Of a DNA stretch of 10,397 nucleotides, positions 1 through 6,861 are shown piece by piece. Made by a program: the position numbers and the translations under genes. The notes under the pieces were generated by a model. The model saw nothing but the letters and a program-made list of their open reading frames with translations, had not been told where the DNA came from and made no database searches. The stretch spans positions 1 to 10,397 of the forward strand of contig JBMOMC010000028.1 in assembly GCA_049325335.1 (NCBI GenBank), read 5' to 3'. Source of the stretch: Nitrospirota bacterium. Its GTDB lineage: Bacteria; Nitrospirota; Nitrospiria; 2-01-FULL-66-17. Within the stretch, counting starts at the first letter, position 1, and each line of letters opens with the position of its first letter.

Positions 1-2
1 CG

Positions 3-296
3 ATGTTTGACTTTGCGATCGAACCTCACATGGTGTTCGCACGGGGTGCGGATGTGTACCGGTTCCGGGTCAAGGTCTTCGCGTCAATGTCGTCGGAGGT
101 CGCGGGCCAGAAGTTCTTGGACCTGCTGCGCGACCCGTCGACGACAACGAACCTCGGGTACGTCCTCGAGACGGACGCCACGTTGGCCGCCGCTGTGGAT
201 TACGTGCGGGTCACGGGTGTCAGCGAAGTCCAAGTCGCGACCGTAGGGGCCGCCGACTACTTGCTAGTGGAATGGGAAGCTGAGGTCGTGCTCTGA
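3..296 (+). CDS. Putative tail terminator / tail completion protein (probably 5'-truncated by the window edge)
   Basis: ORF at the window edge, directly upstream of the tail-tube genes and joined to the next gene by a TGATG overlap (294-298). Alpha/beta pattern (YRFRVKVF...AGQKFLDLLRDP...VLETDATL...VRVTGV...YLLVEWEAEVV) resembles siphovirus tail terminators. Call rests mostly on synteny. Confidence 0.6.
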   Translation: MFDFAIEPHMVFARGADVYRFRVKVFASMSSEVAGQKFLDLLRDPSTTTNLGYVLETDATLAAAVDYVRVTGVSEVQVATVGAADYLLVEWEAEVVL

Positions 297-991
297 TGGC
301 GTTTAAGCCTGGGTTCAAGACTCGTGTGCTGAACGGTGATTTCTCGCTGTCAGCGAAGGCCACGTCGTGTTCGCTGCCGTTGTCGATCGACATGCACGAC
401 ACGACCACGTTCGCTGACACAGCGAAGCGGTTCATCCCTGGGCAGGAGTCCTCGACGTTCACTGTTGAGGGCTTCATTGATGTCGACACCGCTACGGATA
501 ACGCTGCCTGGACCGCGGCGCAGCCGTTCACATACGGCCAGGAAGGCCTGACGCTCGGTGACCCGGTAGTCATGGTCACCGCGCTCCGATCCTCATACGA
601 GCTGGGTTCACCGGTCGCTGGGGTGTCGTCGTTCACGCTCGGTGGAACCACGGATGGGCGCACCGATTTCGGTAGGTCGCTGCACGACCTGACCGCTGTC
701 ACGGTGACGGAGAACGGCACCGCTTACGACGGTGGCGCATCGTCGTCCGGTGGAGCGATCGCTCACCTGCATGTCACCGCCTACTCGGTCGCCACTAGCG
801 CGGTGTTCACGGTGCAGGACTCCGCTGACGGTTCGACCGGCTGGGCGACGATCGGCACCTTCGCGACAGTCACTGGTGTCACGTCGGAGGCGTTGACGAT
901 CACGGGCACCGTCCGCCGCTACACCCGCTATGTCGCCACTCTGACCGGCGCGGGTTCGGTCACGTTCGCGATCGCTCTAGCCCGCCGCTAA
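296..991 (+). CDS. Tail-tube-like protein (paralog of 1059..1484) with an additional ~105-aa C-terminal beta-sandwich domain
   Basis: Residues ~1-126 align by eye with the downstream tube protein: MAFKPG/MAFKAG, MHDTTTF..AKRFIPG/MLETTVF..IKRFIAG, SSYELGSPVAG/ASYEPSSGVGG, TTDG/QVDG. Residues ~127-231 are Thr/Gly/Val-rich beta strands with VQDSADGSTGW and RRYTRYV motifs. Confidence 0.75.
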   Translation: MAFKPGFKTRVLNGDFSLSAKATSCSLPLSIDMHDTTTFADTAKRFIPGQESSTFTVEGFIDVDTATDNAAWTAAQPFTYGQEGLTLGDPVVMVTALRSSYELGSPVAGVSSFTLGGTTDGRTDFGRSLHDLTAVTVTENGTAYDGGASSSGGAIAHLHVTAYSVATSAVFTVQDSADGSTGWATIGTFATVTGVTSEALTITGTVRRYTRYVATLTGAGSVTFAIALARR

Positions 992-1011
992 CCCTCAACC
1001 CAACCCCCATT

Positions 1012-1038
1012 GACGGCCACCCCTCGCGGGTGGTCGTC
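1012..1038 (+). promoter_or_regulatory. Intergenic stem-loop (11-bp stem, 5-nt loop) just upstream of the major tail protein RBS
   Basis: GACGGCCACCC (1012-1022) pairs with GGGTGGTCGTC (1028-1038) with one G-U pair; loop CTCGC. No U-tract follows. RBS-like GAAAGGAA at 1043-1050. Confidence 0.7.
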
Positions 1039-1042
1039 GCGC

Positions 1043-1050
1043 GAAAGGAA
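1043..1050 (+). promoter_or_regulatory. Ribosome binding site of the major tail protein gene
   Basis: GAAAGGAA ends 8 nt before the ATG at 1059. Confidence 0.75.
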
Positions 1051-1058
1051 ACACCCTC

Positions 1059-1484
1059 ATGGCCTTCAAGGCTGGCTACAACGCGTTCCTTCTCCTCGAC
1101 GGAGCGAACGGTGCAGGAACAAACATCTCCACCTACGCGGACGACTTCTCGTTCCCGCAGTCCACGGAGATGCTCGAGACCACGGTGTTCGGTTCGAGCA
1201 TCAAGCGGTTCATCGCCGGCCTGAATGGTGGCGACACTCTCAGCCTGTCTGGCCCGTTGGACACGGCGCTTCACGCGCAGCTCGGTTCGATGAAGGCCGC
1301 GCAGGACGCTGGCACCGCGTCGTTCACGCTCGTCTACGGGCCTGCCGGTTCTGTCAGTGGTCAGCCGAAGATCACGGGCGAGGTGCTTGTCGCTTCGTAC
1401 GAGCCGTCCTCCGGTGTCGGCGGTCGAGTTGAGTTCAGCGCTTCGCTACAGGTTGACGGCGCGGTCACGAACGCCACCTGGTAG
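1059..1484 (+). CDS. Major tail (tube) protein
   Basis: 141 aa with its own RBS. Tube-like motifs 'ETTVFGSSIKRFIAGL', 'FTLVYGPAG...PKITGEVLVASYEPSSGVGGRVEFSASLQVDG'. Lies upstream of the chaperone and tape measure genes. Confidence 0.85.
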   Translation: MAFKAGYNAFLLLDGANGAGTNISTYADDFSFPQSTEMLETTVFGSSIKRFIAGLNGGDTLSLSGPLDTALHAQLGSMKAAQDAGTASFTLVYGPAGSVSGQPKITGEVLVASYEPSSGVGGRVEFSASLQVDGAVTNATW

Positions 1485-1915
1485 TGGCTCGGGCTGAGGT
1501 TCGGGTTGAGGGCCTCGCGGAGTTGCGTCGCGCGTTGAAGAAGGCCGAACAGGTCGACGACATGCGTGACCTGCGTGACGGCATGAAGAAGGCCGCTGAT
1601 GTGGTGGCCCGTGACGCGCAGGGCCGTGTGCAGTCGCGTACTGGCCGGACGCGTGGCGCTGTTCGAGCCGTTGCCGGTGGCAACCGGGCGTTCGTGGTGG
1701 GCGGCAAGAAGACCGTGCCGCATTACGGCTGGTTGGACTTCGGTAGCCGGTCGCCGCGGTCGGGTCAGTCGCGTTCGACGGGCCCGTGGGCCAACACCGG
1801 CAAGGGTCCGGCGCGTGGCCGGTTCATCTACCCGGCGTTGGATGCGAGGGAACGCGAGGTCGTGAACCTCGTCCAGCAAACAGTCAGTCAAGCACTCAAC
1901 AAGCTCGACCTGTAG
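1484..1915 (+). CDS. HK97 gp10-like tail component / head-tail joining protein
   Basis: GTG start overlaps the upstream TAG (TAGTG). Basic protein with family-typical motifs 'VRVEGLAELRRAL', 'RTGRTRGAV', 'YGWLDFG' and 'FIYPALD'. Confidence 0.8.
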   Translation: MARAEVRVEGLAELRRALKKAEQVDDMRDLRDGMKKAADVVARDAQGRVQSRTGRTRGAVRAVAGGNRAFVVGGKKTVPHYGWLDFGSRSPRSGQSRSTGPWANTGKGPARGRFIYPALDAREREVVNLVQQTVSQALNKLDL

Positions 1916-1938
1916 GTCGACCCTGCTCAGGAGGATGC

Positions 1939-2205
1939 GTGCAGAAGTTCACAGTGGTATTCGATGACGGCGCAACGGTTGAGGCCGAGGTGCGTTCGCG
2001 TGACCTCGTGCGGCTCGAGGAAGCCGGGATTGACCTTGAGGCCGTGCCGCCGATGCGCGGCTCGTACATCCTCGCTCACGCCGCGCTGCAACGCATGGCC
2101 CGCCAGGGACTGACCGATGTTGCGGTGCCTGAGACGGTTGAGGCGCTGATGGATGTCGCTGACCTTGAGGCCGTTGAGGACGGCGACCCCGAGGGAAAAG
2201 GCTAG
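1939..2205 (+). CDS. Tail assembly chaperone, short form (gpG-like), 88 aa
   Basis: AGGAGG at 1929-1934 precedes GTG at 1939, which is the probable real start within track ORF 1786..2205. Acidic protein ending ...DPEGKG on a slippery heptamer, located just before the tape measure gene. Confidence 0.85.
   Translation: MQKFTVVFDDGATVEAEVRSRDLVRLEEAGIDLEAVPPMRGSYILAHAALQRMARQGLTDVAVPETVEALMDVADLEAVEDGDPEGKG
2193..2199 (+). promoter_or_regulatory. -1 programmed ribosomal frameshift slippery site G GGA AAA
   Basis: X XXY YYZ heptamer in the correct phase (GAG GGA AAA GGC TAG), two codons before the chaperone stop. The -1 frame is open to TGA at 2364-2366. Confidence 0.9.
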
Positions 2206-2366
2206 GGCCAGGTAGCACGCACTGGCTGGTCTGCAACCTGGCTTTCGAGTTGGGGGTGTTGCCGTCCGGGTTGCTGGCTGAGCCTGAGTCACTGCTTCGC
2301 ACGCTGATCGAGGTTCACAACTTCCGGGTGAAGGAAGCCGAACGAAGGAGTCGTCGTGGCGCGTGA
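2199..2366 (+). CDS. Tail assembly chaperone frameshift extension (gpT-like); gives a ~142-aa gpGT-like fusion spanning 1939..2366
   Basis: The -1 frame reads RLGPGSTHWLVCNLAFELGVLPSGLLAEPESLLRTLIEVHNFRVKEAERRSRRGA* (55 aa), fills the gap to the tape measure gene and overlaps its start. It is absent from the supplied ORF track. Confidence 0.85.
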   Translation, partial: RLGPGSTHWLVCNLAFELGVLPSGLLAEPESLLRTLIEVHNFRVKEAERRSRRGA

Positions 2367-3996
2367 AGTCCGGGTTGCGATTCTTGGCGACTCCCGTGAT
2401 TTCTCGCGGGCGGTGTCTGCCGCTAACCGTGACGCGGGCCGGTTGGAGGGCGCGTTTTCTCGGGCCGGTGGTGGTGTCGCAGCGTTGGGGAAGGCCGCTG
2501 CTCTCGGTGCCGCCGGGATCGCTGTTGGCGCTGGCGCGTTGGCTAAGGGGTTTGTGGACGCTGCGATTGAGTCGCAGAAGGTCACGGCGCAGACCGACGC
2601 CGTTATCAAGTCGATGGGCAACGCGGCGAACACGACCGCGGGGCAGGTAGCGAAGCTCTCCACGAAGCTGTCGCTGAAGTCCGGCATCGACGACGAACTG
2701 ATCCAGTCCGGGTCGAACGTGCTGTTGACGTTCGGGAAGATCCGCAACGAGGCAGGCAAGGGCAACGACATCTTCGACCAAGCCACCGCGTCCGCATTGG
2801 ACATGAGCGTGGCATTGGGGACCGACATGAAGTCGGCGTCGATGCTTGTCGGTAAGGCGTTGAACGACCCCATCCGTGGCCTTACACAACTGCGCCGCTC
2901 GGGGGTGCAGTTCACGAAGCAGCAGGAAGATCAGATCAAGGCGATGGTCGAGGTCGGCGATGTCGCCGGCGCTCAGAAGGTCATGCTCGCCGAGCTCAAG
3001 AAGCAGTTCGGTGGGAGCGCCGCAGCGCAGGCGACCGCTACCGACAAGCTGAAGGTTGCGTGGGGAAACCTTCAGGAGCAGTTGGGCGCAAAGCTTCTGC
3101 CGATTGTGGAGAAGGTCGCTACGTGGTTGGCGGCGTCGCTGCCGGGTGCGATGGCTCAGGCCGAGGCCGCGTTCAACCGGGTTCGCCCGGTGATCGAGCA
3201 ACTGATCGCGACGGTGCAGGAGAAGTGGCCGCAGATCCAGGCGACGATCATGACGGTCGTCGAGTCGGTGCGTGTCGTGATCGAAGGGTTCGTCAGCATC
3301 GTGACGACGCTGTGGGACAACTTCGGGAACAACATTCTGTCGTTCGTGGAACGCGTGTGGCCCGCGGTGCAGCAGGTCATCAGCGGTGTCATGGACACGA
3401 TCCAAGGGATCATCAAGACGGTCAGTGCGCTCATCAAGGGCGACTGGTCGGCCGTGTGGGACGGCATCAAGCAGATTGTCAGGGGTGTGTGGGAGGCGAT
3501 CCAGGGGATCGTGAAGACCGCGTTCGAGGGGTTGCGGCTTGCGATCGGCGGGGCGCTCGAGGTGATCGGTTCGCTCATTAGGGGCGCGTGGGACGGGATA
3601 GTGGGTTTCGTGGCGGGCCTGCCTGCTCGGATCAAGACCGCGGCGAGCGGCCTGTTCGATGGGATCAAGGCTGCGTTCAAGTCTGCGATCAACTGGATCA
3701 TCCGGGCGTGGAACAAGCTGGAGTTCAAGATCCCTGGGTTCGATCCGCCTGGTCCGGGCCCGAAGTTTGGTGGGTTCACGCTTGGTGTGCCGGACATCAC
3801 GCCGTTGGCGAAGGGCGGGATCGTTACTCGTCCGACGTTGGCGTTGATGGGTGAGGCGGGGCCGGAGGCTGTGATCCCGTTGAACCGTGCCGGTGGGATG
3901 GGCGGGCAGACGATTGTCGTGCAGATCGGTGACGAGGTTGTCGCCAGGGTTGTTGCGAACGCTCTTGCTAGGGGCGGTCGTAGGGGTGTCGCGTGA
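2356..3996 (+). CDS. Tape measure protein (546 aa)
   Basis: AAGGAG RBS at 2345-2350. Ala/Gly-rich helical protein with 'ALNDPIRGLTQLRRSGVQFT' and 'FGGSAAA' motifs, Trp/Phe-spaced amphipathic repeats, and the typical C-terminal 'LAKGGIVTRPTLALMGEAGPEAVIPL'. Follows the frameshifted chaperone. Confidence 0.95.
   Translation: MAREVRVAILGDSRDFSRAVSAANRDAGRLEGAFSRAGGGVAALGKAAALGAAGIAVGAGALAKGFVDAAIESQKVTAQTDAVIKSMGNAANTTAGQVAKLSTKLSLKSGIDDELIQSGSNVLLTFGKIRNEAGKGNDIFDQATASALDMSVALGTDMKSASMLVGKALNDPIRGLTQLRRSGVQFTKQQEDQIKAMVEVGDVAGAQKVMLAELKKQFGGSAAAQATATDKLKVAWGNLQEQLGAKLLPIVEKVATWLAASLPGAMAQAEAAFNRVRPVIEQLIATVQEKWPQIQATIMTVVESVRVVIEGFVSIVTTLWDNFGNNILSFVERVWPAVQQVISGVMDTIQGIIKTVSALIKGDWSAVWDGIKQIVRGVWEAIQGIVKTAFEGLRLAIGGALEVIGSLIRGAWDGIVGFVAGLPARIKTAASGLFDGIKAAFKSAINWIIRAWNKLEFKIPGFDPPGPGPKFGGFTLGVPDITPLAKGGIVTRPTLALMGEAGPEAVIPLNRAGGMGGQTIVVQIGDEVVARVVANALARGGRRGVA
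3220..3725 (+). repeat. Degenerate ~11-residue Trp/Phe-anchored protein repeats in the tape measure protein
   Basis: For example VWDGIKQIVRG / VWEAIQGIVKT / AFEGLRLAIGG / ALEVIGSLIRG / AWDGIVGFVAG. Boundaries are approximate. Confidence 0.75.
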
Positions 3997-6491
3997 CGGC
4001 ACCGGTTGTGAAGGTCGAGCTGGGGTTGGGGTCGACGTGGCAGACGGAACCGGCGTCGATCACTTGGGCTGATGTCACGCAGTTTGTGTTGCAGCCGGAC
4101 AGGATTGTGACGCAGCGCGGGGCGTCGTCGGCTCGCGGCCAGATCGATGTTGGGACGATGGGGTTGGCGTTCACGAACGCCGCGTCGGTGTTGGATCTGC
4201 CTGGCGCTGGGACTGATTACGCGTCGACCCCTGACACTGCGGCGTTGGACATCACCGGTGATCTGGACGTGCGTGCGCGTGTCGTGATGGATGACTGGAC
4301 GCCTGGGGCGGTTTCGGCGTTGGTGTCGAAGATCAATGCGGCTGCGTTCACGGGGTACGAGCTGCGGGTCAACACGAGCGGGAATGTGATTCTTGCGTGG
4401 GGTGACGGTGCGGCTGTTCAGTCGAACACGTCGAGCGCGGTGACGGGTGTTGCGAATGGTGGCGTGAAGTGGGTTCGTGCCACGTTGGACGTTGACAACG
4501 GTGCCGCGGGGCGGGATGTGAAGTTCTACCTGTCGGATGATGCGGTCACTTGGACGCAGTTGGGTTCGACGCAGACGACGGCGGGTGTCACTTCGATCGC
4601 TGCGGGGACGACGGATTTGTGGGTGGGTGCGCGGCCGGGTGGGACGTTCCCGCTTGCAGGGTCGGTGTGGTTCGCTCAGGTGTTGAACGGGATCGGCGGG
4701 ACGGTCGTCGCGGACCCTGATTTCTCGGTTCAGCAGGCGGGTGTTTCGTCGTTCACTGATTCGACGGGGCTGGTGTGGACGGTGAACGGGTCCGCGAAGA
4801 TCCTTCGTGACGGCCGCCGTTTCGATCCGACGTACACGCTCGGGCCCTTCTATGTGAACCTGAAGCCGGGTGTCCCCGTCCGTGTCACCGGCACACCCGC
4901 GGGGCAGTCTTCTAAGAGCGTGTGGTACGGGTCTGTTGCGTCGTACCCGCAGCGTTACGACCTTGGCAACAAGTTCGCTTGGGTGCCAGTCCAGGCGTAC
5001 GACGGGTTCGACAAACTCGCCCGCGCCAAGATGCCACGAAGCCCGCTCGAAGCTCTCATCTCAGCGTCGTCACCGATCGTGTTCTTCCCGCTCGACGAAA
5101 CGTCGGGGACGGAAATGACCGACCGGTCAGGCAACGACTTCCACGGAACGTACGTCGGGGGAACAACAGACCTCACGACACAAGTAGGCACCTTCAAGGG
5201 AATCGCGTTCGATGGGTCCCACTCGGGGGCCACAACGAACGCCTCTGCGGCATACACCGTCGAACAGATCGAAGCGGTCATCGACCTAGATGATGCTGCC
5301 CTGACGGACGGGTCCAAGTACACGATCGCAGAGTTCGCGTCCGGCAACTCCGTCGTGTTCGGCAACTTGGCTCTTGTGTGGTTCGGGTTCGAGGTCGTCT
5401 CAGCTTCAGCGAAGACAATCAAACTGCGGACAGAGCAGCGCGAATCCGAGACGATCACGGCCAGTGGCCTGATGCACGTCGCTATCGACGACGCGTCAGG
5501 AACTTTCTACCTGGATGGTGTTGCGCTCACGGTTTCGCCGGTGACAACCGACCGTCACGGTGCGGCGAAGCCGGGTGCGTCGGTCGGGATTTCGTACTTG
5601 TACGGGACGACCCGTCGCATGGTCGGCAAGGTGTCGCATGTCGTCGCGTTCAACACGCCGATCAGCGGGTCGACGCTAGCGGAGCGTTCGTCGGCGGCGC
5701 TTACACCCCTCGACAACCAGACCACCGATACGCGCATCGGGTTTGTGCTCGATGAGATCGACTGGCCTACGAACCTCCGCAACTTGGAGTCGGGTGACAC
5801 GACGTTGGGGCCGGCGACGTTCAAGCCGGGTGACTCGGCGTTGGAGTACCTGCGGCTCATCGAAGCAACCGAAGACGGCCGCCTGTTCACGCAGCCTGAC
5901 GGGAAGCTCCGGTTCCATAACAGGTACTGGCGCTACCTCAACACTCTCGCGGTCAACTCGCAGTTCACGTTCACGGACGCGGACACCACGAAGGGGTACG
6001 CCGAGTTCCAGTTGGACCTGGATGACGAGCTGCTAGTCAACGTCGCCCGCTTCACCCGCAGGGACGGCACCGAACAGGTCGCCACTAACACGACCTCGAA
6101 GAACACGTACGGCGAAGCCGAGAAACAGCAAGGCGACCTTCTGCTCCGCACGGACAACGAGGTCCGTTCCCTCGCGCAGTGGACGGTCGCCACGCAAGGC
6201 ACCCCGCTACCACGCGTCCCGAAGATCCGTGTCCCCCTGCACGCCTACAGCGCAGCGGACCAGGCGACCGTGTTGGGTTTGGACATCGGCCACCGTGTCA
6301 CGTGTGTCCGCACCCCGCAGGGTGTCGGCTCCGCTGTCAGCACGGCGTTTCTGATCGACGGTGTACGTAACGAGATCGGTGAAGGCGAATGGTGGTGGGA
6401 GGCGTACGTCCAACCCGTCCCCGCTGACACCGCCCAAGTGTTCGTCCTCGGCACCAGCGAACTCTCAGGCACTCATATCTTGGGATTTTGA
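3993..6491 (+). CDS. Large minor tail / tail-tip (baseplate hub-like) protein with two LamG/concanavalin A-like domains
   Basis: GTGA overlap with the tape measure stop. N-terminal 'WADVTQFV...RG...GT...N' and 'FDP...PFY..LKPGVPVRV' motifs, and a C-terminal hub-like 'ALEYLRLIEATEDGRLFTQPDGKLRFHNR' and 'LDIGHRV'. LamG-like blocks at ~4182-4808 (YASTPDTAALDITGD...YELRV...WVRAT..VKFY) and ~5073-5700 (PIVFFPLDETSG...HVAI...FYLDG...GKVSHVVAFN). Confidence 0.85.
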   Translation: MTAPVVKVELGLGSTWQTEPASITWADVTQFVLQPDRIVTQRGASSARGQIDVGTMGLAFTNAASVLDLPGAGTDYASTPDTAALDITGDLDVRARVVMDDWTPGAVSALVSKINAAAFTGYELRVNTSGNVILAWGDGAAVQSNTSSAVTGVANGGVKWVRATLDVDNGAAGRDVKFYLSDDAVTWTQLGSTQTTAGVTSIAAGTTDLWVGARPGGTFPLAGSVWFAQVLNGIGGTVVADPDFSVQQAGVSSFTDSTGLVWTVNGSAKILRDGRRFDPTYTLGPFYVNLKPGVPVRVTGTPAGQSSKSVWYGSVASYPQRYDLGNKFAWVPVQAYDGFDKLARAKMPRSPLEALISASSPIVFFPLDETSGTEMTDRSGNDFHGTYVGGTTDLTTQVGTFKGIAFDGSHSGATTNASAAYTVEQIEAVIDLDDAALTDGSKYTIAEFASGNSVVFGNLALVWFGFEVVSASAKTIKLRTEQRESETITASGLMHVAIDDASGTFYLDGVALTVSPVTTDRHGAAKPGASVGISYLYGTTRRMVGKVSHVVAFNTPISGSTLAERSSAALTPLDNQTTDTRIGFVLDEIDWPTNLRNLESGDTTLGPATFKPGDSALEYLRLIEATEDGRLFTQPDGKLRFHNRYWRYLNTLAVNSQFTFTDADTTKGYAEFQLDLDDELLVNVARFTRRDGTEQVATNTTSKNTYGEAEKQQGDLLLRTDNEVRSLAQWTVATQGTPLPRVPKIRVPLHAYSAADQATVLGLDIGHRVTCVRTPQGVGSAVSTAFLIDGVRNEIGEGEWWWEAYVQPVPADTAQVFVLGTSELSGTHILGF

Positions 6492-6504
6492 CAGGAGAAA
6501 CCTG

Positions 6505-6861
6505 ATGGCACGCAGCAAGCAGGTTGACCTCGACGCGCTCGGAGCCGACTACCGGCACGCCAAACAAGCCGTCACCGACCACCTACGCAAGCAATCTCTC
6601 GTCGAACTCGAGCGCGTCGACTGGTTGAACCGCCACCGCGGGCTACCACCCGACGCCCTGTACGACATTGAGACAGGCGACCCGACCCACCCCGAACTCG
6701 TCGAGCTCTACGCAGCGGTAGAGCAGGCGGTCGCTGATGTGGCCTGGTGCCGCTCGCTCGTCGTGGCGTGCGGCGAAGCGTTCAAGGGCTGCCGGTTCGA
6801 GGACGTGCCCAACGGTCCGCGCCCGTCACCAACCGACCTGCTCGCCAGGGTGGAGGCATAG
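6505..6861 (+). CDS. Hypothetical protein, 118 aa, predicted alpha-helical
   Basis: AGGAG at 6493-6497 precedes ATG at 6505, the probable real start within track ORF 6361..6861. Fills the gap between two tail genes. No family recognised. Confidence 0.75.
   Translation: MARSKQVDLDALGADYRHAKQAVTDHLRKQSLVELERVDWLNRHRGLPPDALYDIETGDPTHPELVELYAAVEQAVADVAWCRSLVVACGEAFKGCRFEDVPNGPRPSPTDLLARVEA

Noticed and set aside
1012..1038. Hairpin as an intrinsic terminator
   Set aside because: No U-tract follows, and it lies directly before the RBS of the gene expected to be the most highly expressed in the tail module. Kept as a regulatory structure instead.
1927..4002. 691-aa minus-strand ORF
   Set aside because: Antisense shadow of the chaperone and tape measure genes. 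Its Arg/Asp/His/Leu-rich composition is what reverse-read high-GC codons produce, and it has no recognisable motifs.
4182..4808. Intein or intron as the explanation for the insertion in the tail-tip gene
   Set aside because: No intein splice residues (N-terminal Cys/Ser block, C-terminal His-Asn) or homing endonuclease motif. The insert is in frame and looks like a lectin fold.
6488..6493. TTGACA perfect -35 hexamer (and TTGACG at 1010-1015)
   Set aside because: No TANNNT-like -10 element at 16-18 nt spacing in either case. The first is formed by a stop codon running into an RBS.
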